Notes: generated by a model from the sequence alone, not told the origin. 64,000 nucleotides of DNA from Gammaproteobacteria bacterium (GCA_965221695.1 OZ244905.1:2912001-2976000); one strand, 5' to 3'. Shown: positions 1 to 10,502, numbered from the stretch's first letter. Numbers and translations are program-made.

Positions 1-502
1 GGCGTTATTTTTGCTGGGAGTGTTGCCGGCTCTGTTGCTCTCCGGAAGAATTGAACTCGACCCGGACGACCGGGAGAAAACCATCTCCGCAATAGATGCG
101 CTGTTGCCACAGACCCAATGCGGCGACTGCGGCTATCCCGGCTGCCGGCCTTATGCACAAGCTATTGCAGAACAGGATGTGCCGCTGAATTTGTGCCCTC
201 CCGGCGGCGCCGCAACAGTCAGAAAGCTCGAAAACCTGTTAGGCAAGCCGCATCAGCATAGTGGCCCGCCCGTTCCTGAATCCCTGGTAGCCGTAATCGA
301 CGAAGAAACCTGCATAGGTTGTGTAAAATGCATCGACGCCTGCCCCGTGGACGCGATCGTAGGCAGCGCAAAACAACTCCACGCGGTTATCCCGGAATAC
401 TGCACGGGATGCAAACTGTGCCTCCCTCCCTGCCCGGTAGACTGCATCACTATAATAGGACATTCTCCCTCTCCCATTCCCGCGCAAGCGGGAATCCAGT
501 GA
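1..502 (+). CDS. rnfB: Rnf/Rsx electron transport complex subunit B (5' end outside window)
   Basis: [19 protein letters not shown] FeS motif plus two CxxCxxCxxxCP ferredoxin motifs; frame is open from the window start; stop codon lies inside a REP copy. Confidence 0.9.
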   Translation, partial: ALFLLGVLPALLLSGRIELDPDDREKTISAIDALLPQTQCGDCGYPGCRPYAQAIAEQDVPLNLCPPGGAATVRKLENLLGKPHQHSGPPVPESLVAVIDEETCIGCVKCIDACPVDAIVGSAKQLHAVIPEYCTGCKLCLPPCPVDCITIIGHSPSPIPAQAGIQ

Positions 503-582
503 GACAAAGGGTCGCTCTTGGGCGACACAATATTGGATTGGATCCCGCTTTTCAGCCGGCGTTGAGCAGGGCGGGAGTGGTG
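474..582. repeat. REP/BIME-like composite repeat copy
   Basis: CCATTCCCGCGCAAGCGGGAATCCAGTG + GTCGCTCTTGGGCGAC + degenerate inverted copy; same family as the 31038-31724 array. Confidence 0.85.
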
Positions 583-589
583 ATGGATT

Positions 590-1204
590 TCAGTCGCGAA
601 ACAAAGCATCCCTATTAGCGCGGTACTGGTTCAGTGTAAATTCCGCTGCGCGGATGACCGCGCGTTGGCTGGAGGTGGCGCCGCTGATATGGTCGAAATC
701 ACCGCCGTCTTTTTCTGTTGCCCAGGCATCCTTGGGCGTATTGTCCAGGGAGCGCTCGTTAAAACTCAGTATCCAGCGTGAATTATCCTGGTGCACCTGG
801 TCGCCCAGGCCCGGTGTTTCCCGGTGCTTGAGGATGCGCACGCCGGCAAGTGTTCCGTCGTAGCGGATACCTATCGCCAGTTCCATCATGCCGTTATAGC
901 CTCTTGCCAGCACGGGGCTGAAGATCAGGCCCACCGGTTCTGCCCCGCGCCGGGCGCGGAACACGTTGGCCGCTGCCTCCGTCCCGAAATGGGTCGGCAG
1001 GTCGAAACTGATCCTGTCCGCGGGCAAGTCATTGTCGTATTCCAGCGGCAGGACCTCAGCGCCGATTTCCAGGATCGGAAGGTGGCGGTTGCGCGTGATG
1101 GTATCCTGGAAGTATTTCCCCAGCGCATAAATTCCCAGCACTGCGGTAAAGCAGATGAACAACAACGGCAACATGTTCAGCAACAGATTTCTACTTACGG
1201 ACAT
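590..1204 (-). CDS. rnfG: Rnf complex subunit G (FMN-binding)
   Basis: N-terminal TM helix, GYNG, HRETPGLGD, FDHISGATSS flavinylation motif. Confidence 0.92.
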   Translation of the reverse strand: MSVSRNLLLNMLPLLFICFTAVLGIYALGKYFQDTITRNRHLPILEIGAEVLPLEYDNDLPADRISFDLPTHFGTEAAANVFRARRGAEPVGLIFSPVLARGYNGMMELAIGIRYDGTLAGVRILKHRETPGLGDQVHQDNSRWILSFNERSLDNTPKDAWATEKDGGDFDHISGATSSQRAVIRAAEFTLNQYRANRDALFRD

Positions 1205-1336
1205 TATCTTTCTCCGGGCGCTTTGGGGCGAGGCAGAAGGTCTATCAACGGCAACATGTTCAGCAACAGATTTCTGCTTACGGACATTATCTTTCTCCGG
1301 GCGCCTTGGGGCGGGTCAATAGGTCAACCAACGGCA
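1163..1336. repeat. 83-bp tandem duplication of the rnfD/rnfG junction
   Basis: 1163-1230 and 1246-1313 are identical except for 2 nt; CAACGGCA occurs at 1163, 1246 and 1329. Confidence 0.92.
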
Positions 1337-2294
1337 CGAAAACATTCGCAAGCAACACCGCAAACGCGACGCTGTCGGGATAAGCCCCCCAGGTGCGCAA
1401 CAGGCAGATTAGCGCGCCGATCAAAAAGCCGTAGATCAGGCGCCCGCGCGTAGTGGTAGACGCAGTCACAGGGTCTGTAGCGATAAAGAATGCGCACAAC
1501 ATTGTTGCGCCGCTGAACAGGTGGAACAGGGGTGAGGCATATACAGTCGGGTCGTAAACATAGAACGGCAGGCTGACGAGAAAAACGCCGGCGAGGACCG
1601 CCACGGGAATCTGCCACTTTATGACGCCGCGCGCCAGCAGGTAAACACCACCCAGCAGGTAAAGCAGGTTGATCCACTCCCAGCCGGCGCCGCCAACAAG
1701 CCCAAAAATCGGGGAGTTGCTGATTTCCGGCACCATCTCCATCAATTCCAGGCGGTTTTTCAGTTCATCCAGCGCGGTGGCGCCGCTGAGCATATCGGGC
1801 GCACCGTCCCCCGCCGGGAAAATACTGTGCAGGTAGCCGCCGATGCCATGGGCTTGCAGCGCCGGCCAGGTATTCATCTGTACCGGGAAGCAGGCCAGCA
1901 CGAACACATATCCCGCCATCGCCGGGTTGAATATATTACAGCCGATACCGCCAAAGGCATGTTTGCAGATTACGATGGCGAATGCGATGCCGCACAGGCA
2001 CACCCACCACGGCGCCAGCGGGGTGATGCTGACCGCGAACAGCAGGGCGGCGACCACTGCGCTGCCGTCCCGCAGGAACAGCGCCGGGTCGAGACCGCGC
2101 AGCCTGAGTAGCGCGAACTCCAGCAACAGCGCAAAACAGACAGCCAGCACGCACTGGATCAAAACGCCGGGGCCGAACAGCCAGGCATAGCAGAGCAGGC
2201 CGGGAACAAGCGCAACGCACACATCAGCCATCACCTTGCCGATTGTCCGGCCATCATGCCAGTGAGGCGAACTGCTTGGCGGGCTAGCCGGCAT
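1287..2294 (-). CDS. rnfD: Rnf complex subunit D
   Basis: SSPHWH start, KHAFGGIGCNIFNPAM, SGATAL FMN site, FFIATDPVT; ATG at 2294 overlaps the end of rnfC. Confidence 0.93.
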   Translation of the reverse strand: MPASPPSSSPHWHDGRTIGKVMADVCVALVPGLLCYAWLFGPGVLIQCVLAVCFALLLEFALLRLRGLDPALFLRDGSAVVAALLFAVSITPLAPWWVCLCGIAFAIVICKHAFGGIGCNIFNPAMAGYVFVLACFPVQMNTWPALQAHGIGGYLHSIFPAGDGAPDMLSGATALDELKNRLELMEMVPEISNSPIFGLVGGAGWEWINLLYLLGGVYLLARGVIKWQIPVAVLAGVFLVSLPFYVYDPTVYASPLFHLFSGATMLCAFFIATDPVTASTTTRGRLIYGFLIGALICLLRTWGAYPDSVAFAVLLANVFVPLVDLLTRPKAPGER

Positions 2295-3810
2295 CCCCGT
2301 CCTGAACCGGTTGTTGCCGGCGCTTTGCCCGGGTGCGCGCCAGCGCCTTCTGCACGTAGGCTTTCTTCTCCGCCTTGGTATCCTGCTCCGGGTCCGCCGC
2401 ACGCGTTTTATTGCGCTTGGTATCAGCCTCAATCCTCAGGCGATCGGTTTTCCGGTTAAAACGTTGTCGCGCCGCTACGGCGTCACGGTCGCGCGCGTCT
2501 TCTACAACGAGTTGCGCCTTGGCCTGGCGGTAATAGTGCACAAGAGGTATCCGGCTGGGGCAGACATAGGCGCAACAGCCGCATTCTATACAATCGAACA
2601 GGCGATACTCCCGGGACTGCTCGGCATCGCCGGATTTGGCAAACCAGAGCAATTGCTGGGGCAGCAGCAGCTCCGGGCAGACTTCCGCGCAATCGCCGCA
2701 ACGGATACAAGGCATCTCCGGGAGGGGCGGCGCGTTTTCTTCAATGATGATGCAGTTCGTGGTCTTGATAACAGGCATGTTGGGGTTGGTGACTCGCAGA
2801 CCCATCATCGGGCCGCCGATGATCACCTTGTTTTCTTCACTGAAGCGGTAGCCGCAGGTGGTCAGGCAGTCCTTCACCGGTGTGCCGATAAGCACTTGCA
2901 GGTTGACGGGGTTATCCACCTTCCCGGTCACCGTGACATAGCGCGAAACAATGGGTTCCCCGCGCGTGACCGCGCGGTACACCGCAGCGGCCGTGGCCAC
3001 ATTGTGGATGACTATGCCGATGTGGATAGGCAACCCCTCGCTGGGGACGTCCTTGCCGGTCAGGGTCTTGATGAGCTGTTTTTCGCCACCCGCAGGGTAA
3101 CGGGTGGGCACCTTGACCAGTTCCAGGTCGTCATCGACGAGACCGGCCAGCGCGTTGTAGGCCAGTTCCATGTCATCCTCTACCGCGATAACGCAATGCC
3201 TGGCCTGTACCGCATGGCGTATCATGCGCGCCCCGGAGACGACATAAGAGGCTTTCTCCTGGATCAACCGGTCGTCACAGGTGATCTGCGGCTCGCATTC
3301 AACACCATTAATAATTAAGGTATCGACTGCGTTCTCCACACCCTCCATCAATTTGACATGGGCCGGGAAGCCCGCGCCTCCGAGACCCGCAATGCCGCAA
3401 TCCCGGATCAGCTCCTGCAATTTTGCCGGTTCGGCGCGGTCATACTCCTCGGTGGGTTCGATATCGAACCACGCATCATTGCCGTCCGGTTCCAGTACGA
3501 TACAGCGCGCCTTGCTGATTGTCGGGTTGGGCACGGGGTAATCGCCGATATCGGTAATCGTCCCGGATGTGCTGGCATGAACGGGCACGCTGATATAACC
3601 GTCGTGGCGGGCAATGATCTGGCCTTTAAGCACCTTGTCGCCAATGCTGACCGCAGGCACAGCCGGCTGGCCGATATGTTGCTGCAACGGCAGGAACATC
3701 CGCTCCGGCAACGGATGCAGTATGGACATTTTACGGTCAGTAATCTCCTTATGCGGCTCCAGCAACAGTCCGCCCGGAAAATCATGTAATTCACGCTGAA
3801 ATGAGGACAC
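2284..3810 (-). CDS. rnfC: Rnf complex subunit C
   Basis: PLQQHIGQP, GLGGAGFPAHVKL, NGVECEP, GGPMMG, two 4Fe-4S motifs. Confidence 0.95.
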   Translation of the reverse strand: MSSFQRELHDFPGGLLLEPHKEITDRKMSILHPLPERMFLPLQQHIGQPAVPAVSIGDKVLKGQIIARHDGYISVPVHASTSGTITDIGDYPVPNPTISKARCIVLEPDGNDAWFDIEPTEEYDRAEPAKLQELIRDCGIAGLGGAGFPAHVKLMEGVENAVDTLIINGVECEPQITCDDRLIQEKASYVVSGARMIRHAVQARHCVIAVEDDMELAYNALAGLVDDDLELVKVPTRYPAGGEKQLIKTLTGKDVPSEGLPIHIGIVIHNVATAAAVYRAVTRGEPIVSRYVTVTGKVDNPVNLQVLIGTPVKDCLTTCGYRFSEENKVIIGGPMMGLRVTNPNMPVIKTTNCIIIEENAPPLPEMPCIRCGDCAEVCPELLLPQQLLWFAKSGDAEQSREYRLFDCIECGCCAYVCPSRIPLVHYYRQAKAQLVVEDARDRDAVAARQRFNRKTDRLRIEADTKRNKTRAADPEQDTKAEKKAYVQKALARTRAKRRQQPVQDGDAG

Positions 3811-3848
3811 CCATCAATTGTATAGGAGATATGAAATGAGTGGAATGA

Positions 3849-3910
3849 GAGAGTCCGGTTTAATACTGTGTCACCCTGCGGGCGACCCTTTATTTCCTTG
3901 GACGCCCTGC
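3849..3910. repeat. degenerate REP-family copy
   Basis: TGTGTCACCCTGCGGGCGACCC central hairpin with decayed flanks. Confidence 0.6.
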
Positions 3911-3949
3911 AATAAGAGAACAGGGAGTGAATTATGCTAAAGTAAAGCA

Positions 3950-5335
3950 ATGCAGCATTTCCCGATTTTCCTCGATCTGAACAAGCGCCGATGCCTGGTG
4001 GTGGGCGCCGGTGAAGTGGCTGCGAGGAAGGCGCTACAACTACTCAAAGCAGACGCTGATGTCCTGGTCGTCGCGCCCCGAGCGGAAGATGTAATCCAAG
4101 ACCTTACAGAGCAAGGCAAGGTGCGCCATGAGGCGCGCAAGTTCGAAAGCAAGGACGTATCCGGCTGCGCACTGGTGATTGCGGCGACAGCCGACCGGCA
4201 GGTGAACAGCCAGGTCGCCACCGCCGCGAAGGCTGAGAACATCCCGGTTAATGTGGTCGACGACCCCGCGCTATGCAGTTTTATCATGCCTTCCGTGGTT
4301 GATCGTGACCCGGTGCAAATCGCGGTATCCACGGGCGGCGCGTCACCGGTGCTTGCCAGGCTGCTCCGGACGAAACTGGAAACCCTGGTGCCGGCGAGTT
4401 ACGGGCGGCTGGCAACGGTTGTGCGGGAGTTCCGCGGGCGGGTCAAACAGCGCTTCCCGGAATTTCGCCAGCGCCGCCGGTTCTGGGAAAACATCCTGCA
4501 AGGACCGGTCGTCGAGCTGCTGTTCGCCGGACGGGAACAAGCCGCAATCCGCACGCTGGAGCGCGAACTCGACAGCGCGACACCCGCAGACCTCAAGACC
4601 GGAGAGGTCTACCTGGTCGGTGGCGGACCCGGCGATCCGGACCTGCTGACCTTCCGCGCCCTGCGCCTGATGCAACAGGCCGATGTGGTGCTCTACGACC
4701 GGCTGGTCTCACCGGCGATAGTGGACCTCGCCAGGAAAGAGGCAGAACGCATCTACGTCGGCAAACAGAGCGACAGCCACACGGTGCCCCAGTCCGAACT
4801 GAACAGCCTAATGGTAAAGCTCGCGCAACAGGGCAAGCGTGTGCTGCGCCTGAAGGGTGGCGACCCGTTCATTTTTGGTCGTGGCGGCGAGGAAATCGAG
4901 GAACTGGCAGGATTCGGCATCCCGTTCCAGGTGGTGCCGGGTATCACCGCCGCCGCCGGTTGCGCTTCCTACGCCGGCATCCCGCTGACCCACCGTGATC
5001 TCGCCCACTCCTGCCTGTTCGTCACCGGCCACCTGAAGGACGGCAAGCTGAACTTCAACTGGCCGGCCCTGTTGCAACCGAAACAGACGGTAGCCATCTA
5101 CATGGGAGTGAAGGGGGCGGATGTACTGCAGAAAAACCTGCTCGAACAGGGAATGCGGCCCGACATGCCCGCCGCCATCGTCCAGCAGGGCACCACACCG
5201 GACCAGCAGGTGTACACCGGCTCAGTCTCCACCCTCACAAGCCTGGTCGCGGACAATGAGATCAAACCACCGTCGATGATCATCATCGGCGAGGTAATTC
5301 GACTGCACGAAAAGCTGTCCTGGTTCCACGGGTGA
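3950..5335 (+). CDS. cysG: siroheme synthase (multifunctional)
   Basis: N-terminal dehydrogenase/ferrochelatase ([17 protein letters not shown]) plus SUMT domain ([29 protein letters not shown]). Confidence 0.96.
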   Translation: MQHFPIFLDLNKRRCLVVGAGEVAARKALQLLKADADVLVVAPRAEDVIQDLTEQGKVRHEARKFESKDVSGCALVIAATADRQVNSQVATAAKAENIPVNVVDDPALCSFIMPSVVDRDPVQIAVSTGGASPVLARLLRTKLETLVPASYGRLATVVREFRGRVKQRFPEFRQRRRFWENILQGPVVELLFAGREQAAIRTLERELDSATPADLKTGEVYLVGGGPGDPDLLTFRALRLMQQADVVLYDRLVSPAIVDLARKEAERIYVGKQSDSHTVPQSELNSLMVKLAQQGKRVLRLKGGDPFIFGRGGEEIEELAGFGIPFQVVPGITAAAGCASYAGIPLTHRDLAHSCLFVTGHLKDGKLNFNWPALLQPKQTVAIYMGVKGADVLQKNLLEQGMRPDMPAAIVQQGTTPDQQVYTGSVSTLTSLVADNEIKPPSMIIIGEVIRLHEKLSWFHG

Positions 5336-5351
5336 ATGCAGCATGAATACA

Positions 5352-5484
5352 GGTCGCCCAATTTGACTGGACTTCCTGTTTCGAGAGAGTGGTTCGGTCG
5401 CGTCGCTCACAGGAGCGCTCCCCATCCCATTCCCGCGCAAGCGGGAATCCAGTGAGACAACGGTCGCCCGAAGGGCGACACAGT
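5352..5484. repeat. REP/BIME-like composite repeat copy between convergent cysG and msrB
   Basis: GACTGGACT...GAGTGG, CCATTCCCGCGCAAGCGGGAATCCAGTG, GTCGCCCGAAGGGCGAC. Confidence 0.88.
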
Positions 5485-5509
5485 TGCAATTTGAATCGCT
5501 GTCCCGTAA

Positions 5510-5917
5510 TTATTGTTCTTTTTCCAGGTGCAGCGCAACGGAGTTGATGCAGTACCGCAATCCGGTGGGCGCCGGGCCGTCCGGAAACACGTGGCCGAGG
5601 TGGGCGCCGCAAGCGCTGCACAGTACTTCAGTGCGCGGCCGGCCGAACAGGCTGGAGTCAAGCTCAGTCGTTACCGCAGCAGCGTCTTCCGGCTCAAAAA
5701 AACTGGGCCAGCCGGTACCCGAATCAAACTTGGCATCGGAACTGAACAGGGCCTGACCGCAACAGGCGCACCGGTATGTGCCGCTATCCTTGCAGTCGTT
5801 ATACCTGCCACTGAAAGGACGCTCCGTTCCCTTGCGACGGCACACCTCGTATTGTTCCGGCGTCAGTTCCCGCTGCCATTCCTGCTCAGTTTTCACGACT
5901 TTTTTGATTTCTGTCAT
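5510..5917 (-). CDS. msrB: peptide-methionine (R)-S-oxide reductase
   Basis: [33 protein letters not shown]; two CxxC zinc pairs. Confidence 0.97.
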   Translation of the reverse strand: MTEIKKVVKTEQEWQRELTPEQYEVCRRKGTERPFSGRYNDCKDSGTYRCACCGQALFSSDAKFDSGTGWPSFFEPEDAAAVTTELDSSLFGRPRTEVLCSACGAHLGHVFPDGPAPTGLRYCINSVALHLEKEQ

Positions 5918-5940
5918 CTCAACACTCCGCTGATTGAACC

Positions 5941-5962
5941 TGTGTCGCCCTTCGGGCGACCC
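5941..5962. repeat. solo central hairpin of the REP family
   Basis: TGTGTCGCCCTTCGGGCGACCC. Confidence 0.7.
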
Positions 5963-5967
5963 ATTAA

Positions 5968-7389
5968 CTACAATGCCCGCGAAGAAATAATCTCCTGCTC
6001 CGACACTGGCGGAGACGGCTCCGGCAGCGATTCCGCGTAGGTCAGATGCATCAGCATCGCGTGGTACTTGCGGATATTCTCCACGAAGGTAACAGGCTCA
6101 CTCCCCCTTGCTTGGCCGTGTTTTGTCTTTGAGTACCAGGCGGGCTGGCTTAACAGCGGCAGCGTCTGCTTCACATCAGCCCAGGAGTCGGGGTTGCCGC
6201 CGTTATGCTCAGTGAGTATCCTGGCATCCTCCAGGTGACCGAAGCCGACATTATAGGAAGCCAGCGCAAACCAGGTACGGTGCGGCTCAGGAATGCGTTC
6301 CGGTATTTTATCCACCAGGGTGGTCAGGTACCTGGCGCCGCCGTGGATACTCAGTACCGGGTCGAGCCGGTCGGTAATCCCGACCTGTTTTGCCGTTTGC
6401 AATGTCAGCATCATCAGCCCGCGCACGCCGGTGGGAGAGCGCGCCGACTTTTTCCAATGGGACTCCTGGTAGCTGACCGCGGCCAGCAGGCGCCAGTCAA
6501 AGCCGAATTCGTCGCCGGCGCTCTCGAAATAAGGTTTAAACTCCGGCAGCACATCGTTATACCGGTCGATAAACCTGCGCGCTTCCACATAATCGAATGC
6601 GTCGGCGAATGCGTATGCCTGCTCCAGCAGGTCGGCCAGTTTATCCTCGTTCCTGATATGGTTATGGAACTGCGTTATTGCTTTGATCAAGGAGTCATCA
6701 TCCGGCGACCGCTTAACGGCCCAGCCCAAGGGTTCCGGGCGGGTCAGGTCGAAGGCTGCCCGAAGTTCCGGCAACGCGATGCGCGCATAGGTCACCTCAT
6801 TGGACCTGGCCACGCCGTAAAGAATTTTGCCGTACTCAACCATCTCCAGCAGGTCAAAGCTGTTCTTGTCATCGTGCACGACCAGTTCCAGGTCCGGATA
6901 AGAAATCCGCAGTCGCTCGATCTGTTCCCGGGGCAAGGCCTGATGGGCGATATGCAGTTTGTGTGGAGAAATATCAGCCACGGAAGATGGACGGATATAG
7001 CCATAACGGTACACCACTTGCCGGGTCACCCACTCAAAACCCGGACCGTAGGCCAGGGGGTCGCCCGGTTTGAACGTCCGGGTCAGCCCCGCAGCGGCGA
7101 GGTCCGCCTGCCCGGCGCCCAGCAGGTCAGCAATCTCTTCCCTGCTGTCAGCCAGGACCAGGTTGAAATCGACTCCCAGCCAGTCGGCGAACAACCCGAC
7201 TAACTCGTATTCCAGGCCACGCTCAACGCCCGCATCATTACGCTGGTAGGTCATCGGCCCTGTCCGGGTCACAACCTTGATCACGCCGCGCTCGCGGATC
7301 AGTTCCAGGTGAGATTTGTTTTCAGCGCAACCCGGCAATACCAGACAAGCAGACAGCGCGGCAACAAGCAAACCCGGAAGATATTTCAC
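5968..7389 (-). CDS. mltF: membrane-bound lytic murein transglycosylase F
   Basis: SBP-like N-terminal domain plus SLT domain ([27 protein letters not shown]). Confidence 0.93.
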   Translation of the reverse strand: MKYLPGLLVAALSACLVLPGCAENKSHLELIRERGVIKVVTRTGPMTYQRNDAGVERGLEYELVGLFADWLGVDFNLVLADSREEIADLLGAGQADLAAAGLTRTFKPGDPLAYGPGFEWVTRQVVYRYGYIRPSSVADISPHKLHIAHQALPREQIERLRISYPDLELVVHDDKNSFDLLEMVEYGKILYGVARSNEVTYARIALPELRAAFDLTRPEPLGWAVKRSPDDDSLIKAITQFHNHIRNEDKLADLLEQAYAFADAFDYVEARRFIDRYNDVLPEFKPYFESAGDEFGFDWRLLAAVSYQESHWKKSARSPTGVRGLMMLTLQTAKQVGITDRLDPVLSIHGGARYLTTLVDKIPERIPEPHRTWFALASYNVGFGHLEDARILTEHNGGNPDSWADVKQTLPLLSQPAWYSKTKHGQARGSEPVTFVENIRKYHAMLMHLTYAESLPEPSPPVSEQEIISSRAL

Positions 7390-7395
7390 ATTACT

Positions 7396-7786
7396 AACCC
7401 GAAAATCTCACCAATTGATGCGATGATCGCTGAGGATTTTTTGATGCGCCCCATCCGTGGGGCGCCCCCTTCGGGCATCCTTCGGATGTCCAAATCCGCT
7501 CCAGGCGGATTTGTGCGTCAGTACGCGGGTGCTCGTGACCGAAAGCATAGTGGTACTTCTGGTTGAGGGACAAATCGGCAGGACAGCCGATTTGCACGGC
7601 GAAGGCCGCCCGCAGGGTTGCGCACAGGGATGTGTGCAATGAGCATGTGCCCGCTAACGCAAAAAAGACCAGCGAGGGCGCATCAAGCGCAGTGTGTAAT
7701 GGCAACATACTCGACAGATTACCATAACTCATTGACAGCAAACATCTATCCGATGCTGACAAGCGAATTGGTGAGATTTTCGGGTT
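7396..7786. mobile_element. MITE-like element with perfect 21-bp terminal inverted repeats
   Basis: AACCCGAAAATCTCACCAATT (7396-7416) and its reverse complement (7766-7786); several internal hairpins; no transposase; partial second copy at 54853-54946. Confidence 0.8.
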
Positions 7787-8789
7787 GACTCCTTTGCGCC
7801 AGGACAAGAGAAAAATAGTCATTATCCGATTCATAGTGGCGGATGACCTTCAATTCAGATTGTTCCAGCAAAGCTTCCAACTCATCGAAGTAGAACTTAT
7901 GACTCAATTCGGTCAGTATCCTCTCCCCGCATTCCAGGGTGAAACCGATGCCCAGGTTACCCAGGGTGATCTGCTGGCTCAGCCGGGACAGGAGATACAT
8001 TTCAATTCTGTTCGACTCATTATTATATATGGCCTGATGAATAAAATGATCCGTGCGGAAGTTCGCGGCCAATTCCCGGTTCAGTACCCGCAACAGATTC
8101 AGGTTGAACAAGGCGGTGATTCCTTGCGCATCATTATATGCCGCGTTTAGCGTCGCGGGGTCTTTAACCCTGTCTGCGCCCAGTAACAGGAAGTCGCCCG
8201 GTTTCATCTGTTGCCGGATGTGGCAGATGAATGCGCGCGCCTCGCCAGGCGTGAAGTTGCCGATTGTGCTGCCGAGGAACAGAAACAATGTGACGCCGGC
8301 ACTGTCCGGCAGGTGATCCAGACCGGCATGATAGTCCCCCAGCAACGGCCTGACAGCCAACCACTCATAATCATTCCGAAGTTTGCGAGCTGCTTCCACC
8401 AGCGCCGGCTCACAGATGTCGAACGGCAAATAGATACAGGTGTGTCCCTGCTTTTCACAGGCATCAAACAGACTGGTTGTTTTGCCGGAGTTGCCGCTGC
8501 CCAGTTCAATCAGAAAATCAGGAAGGGTCAACGCAATGATATCAGCGCCGTATTGCCGAAGTAACCTATGCTCGGAGCGAGTCAGATAGTACTCCGGCGT
8601 TTCACAAATACGGTTGAACAACTCCGTGCCGCGCTTGTCATAAAAATACTTTGGAGGCAACGCGCGCGGCCGCTCAACCAGGCCCTTGCGGGCATCTTCC
8701 GCCAGGTCCGGAACCTGCCAGGCAGGCGCAATGGAAATACACTGAACGCCATCTCGCTGCCGGGATGAACTGATGACTGTATCCACCAT
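7746..8789 (-). CDS. egtD: L-histidine N-alpha-methyltransferase (EgtD/Methyltransf_33 family)
   Basis: LPPKYFYD, PEYYLTRSE, IELGSG, FLGSTIGNF, AAYNDAQGITALFNLN. Confidence 0.88.
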   Translation of the reverse strand: MVDTVISSSRQRDGVQCISIAPAWQVPDLAEDARKGLVERPRALPPKYFYDKRGTELFNRICETPEYYLTRSEHRLLRQYGADIIALTLPDFLIELGSGNSGKTTSLFDACEKQGHTCIYLPFDICEPALVEAARKLRNDYEWLAVRPLLGDYHAGLDHLPDSAGVTLFLFLGSTIGNFTPGEARAFICHIRQQMKPGDFLLLGADRVKDPATLNAAYNDAQGITALFNLNLLRVLNRELAANFRTDHFIHQAIYNNESNRIEMYLLSRLSQQITLGNLGIGFTLECGERILTELSHKFYFDELEALLEQSELKVIRHYESDNDYFSLVLAQRSQPENLTNSLVSIG

Positions 8790-8856
8790 CCAAAGGGTAA
8801 CACAGTTTCAGAAATACAGTGTCGCCCTGTACTACGCGATGCGATAAACTTTAATT

Positions 8857-10101
8857 ATGACTATCCCGGCAAGATACCTGTTACTGCTCCTGCCCGGCAT
8901 ATACTTGCCCGGGTCAGCGGCCGAGGAACAGGTTGACTCCACGCGCCAACAGTCCATCATCCGCTACGAGGCACGCGCCGCCGACCTCGAAGCGACCGAA
9001 GGGCCACATGCTGAAGAACTCATCGAAGTCCGCTTAAGCCTGGGGCTGTTACACCAACAGGCCGGCGACCATGGGCGGGCGCTGGAGGCATTGCAGGCAG
9101 CGCTGCAATCCGTGCGTATCAACGAGGGACTGTACAGCATGAGCCAGGCGCCCGTGCTGGAAGCTATCATCGACAGCCATGTCGCCCTCGGCGCCAGGGA
9201 CGAACTACGCCGCGACTACGAGCGCCTGTTCTGGCTGTACCAGCGCAACTACGGCGAACGCAACGTCGGCCTCGTGCCGGTAATAAAGCGCATCGGCCAG
9301 TGGTACTTCGACCTCTACAACTTCAGCCCACCCAACACCACGGTGGAACCGTTGATTGCAGCAGACGACCTGTACGCGAAAGCGCTTGACATCCTCCCGG
9401 AAGACACCCTGTCTCCGGACCGGGCACACATATTATATAAGGTAGCCGTGATCAATCATCATGTCGCTGAAGACATGCAAGACCCGATGCTGTCCCACCG
9501 GGAAATCCGCGCCGCCATGATCCCTCACGGTCGACCATCCCCCTATCTGAACGAAACAGCAGTGCGCCAGTACTATGCAGACCAGAGTTTCTTCAAGGGC
9601 AAGCGTTCACTGAAACAGGTTGTGACGGCATACGAGCAAAACCTCCCCGATACCATCATGGAGTATGCCCGCGCGCTGGTATTCATGGGCGACTGGCTGA
9701 CCGTGCAACGCCGTGTGCTGGAGGGATCCCGGATGTACAAAAAGGCCTGGGCTGCGCTGGCAGAGCACAACGCGGCGCCGGCACAAGTGGACGAACTGTT
9801 CGGCGAACCACAACCCATTGAGCAACTGCCCATCCCGGGTGAGCAAGAGCCGAAACTTAATGAGGACAGCTACTACGTGGACGCGTTACTCGATGTGCCC
9901 GAGTCAGGCTGGCCCCGCAACATCAGGATACAAGCAATCCACCCCCCCGAAGAAACCGCGTTGCACAAACGCGCCGAACGCGGCATTGCCGCCACCCGCT
10001 ACCGCCCCCGCTATCGCAACGGCCAACCGGTCGCCACGAGCGATGTCCCCCTGCGCTTCATTTTCAAACACAAAGACCAACCGGGCTGGTTCCACTTTTG
10101 A
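8857..10101 (+). CDS. secreted TPR-like helical protein with C-terminal TonB_C-like domain
   Basis: signal peptide, TPR-like helices, C-terminal TRYRPRYRNGQPV resembling TonB C-terminal domains. Confidence 0.6.
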   Translation: MTIPARYLLLLLPGIYLPGSAAEEQVDSTRQQSIIRYEARAADLEATEGPHAEELIEVRLSLGLLHQQAGDHGRALEALQAALQSVRINEGLYSMSQAPVLEAIIDSHVALGARDELRRDYERLFWLYQRNYGERNVGLVPVIKRIGQWYFDLYNFSPPNTTVEPLIAADDLYAKALDILPEDTLSPDRAHILYKVAVINHHVAEDMQDPMLSHREIRAAMIPHGRPSPYLNETAVRQYYADQSFFKGKRSLKQVVTAYEQNLPDTIMEYARALVFMGDWLTVQRRVLEGSRMYKKAWAALAEHNAAPAQVDELFGEPQPIEQLPIPGEQEPKLNEDSYYVDALLDVPESGWPRNIRIQAIHPPEETALHKRAERGIAATRYRPRYRNGQPVATSDVPLRFIFKHKDQPGWFHF

Positions 10102-10232
10102 ACCACCGGTTTAGATCGAGAGCGCCTGGCGAGGTTTGCGTGAGCAACAAGTCGGACTGGAACGGAATAGGGTCTCCATTGAAAATACTGATGTTTTGGC
10201 GTGTTATCTTTGTATGCTATGATGTTCACAAG

Positions 10233-10502
10233 ATGAGAACCACCTTGACAATCGATGATAAAACCGCACGAGCGCTGAAAGATATTGCCCATCGCAGCGG
10301 CAAAACCTACAAGCAGGTTGTTAACGAGACTTTGCAGACCGGTTTGTCTGCAAACAATATCAGGGATATGGCAAAGCCCTATCGGCTCAAACCTGTTTCC
10401 ATGGGAGAAGTGACTGGCAGCTATAATTTGACCAAAGCCCTGGCCCTTGCCGATTACCTTGAAGAGGAAGAGATAGCCAGGAAACTGGAACTGAAAAAAT
10501 GA
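10233..10502 (+). CDS. vapB: VapB-type antitoxin (RHH-like)
   Basis: MRTTLTIDD N-terminus; ATGA overlap with the PIN toxin. Confidence 0.8.
   Translation: MRTTLTIDDKTARALKDIAHRSGKTYKQVVNETLQTGLSANNIRDMAKPYRLKPVSMGEVTGSYNLTKALALADYLEEEEIARKLELKK

Noticed and set aside
2311-3318. Long antisense ORFs (also 6205-7203, 18996-20009, 27725-28786, 35312-36406, 49104-50087)
   Set aside because: Shadows of well-supported genes on the opposite strand, typical of high-GC codon bias.
7394-7834. 146-aa ORF or tRNA/ncRNA in the mltF-egtD gap
   Set aside because: It lies within the TIR-bounded MITE; no cloverleaf, T-loop or CCA was recognised.
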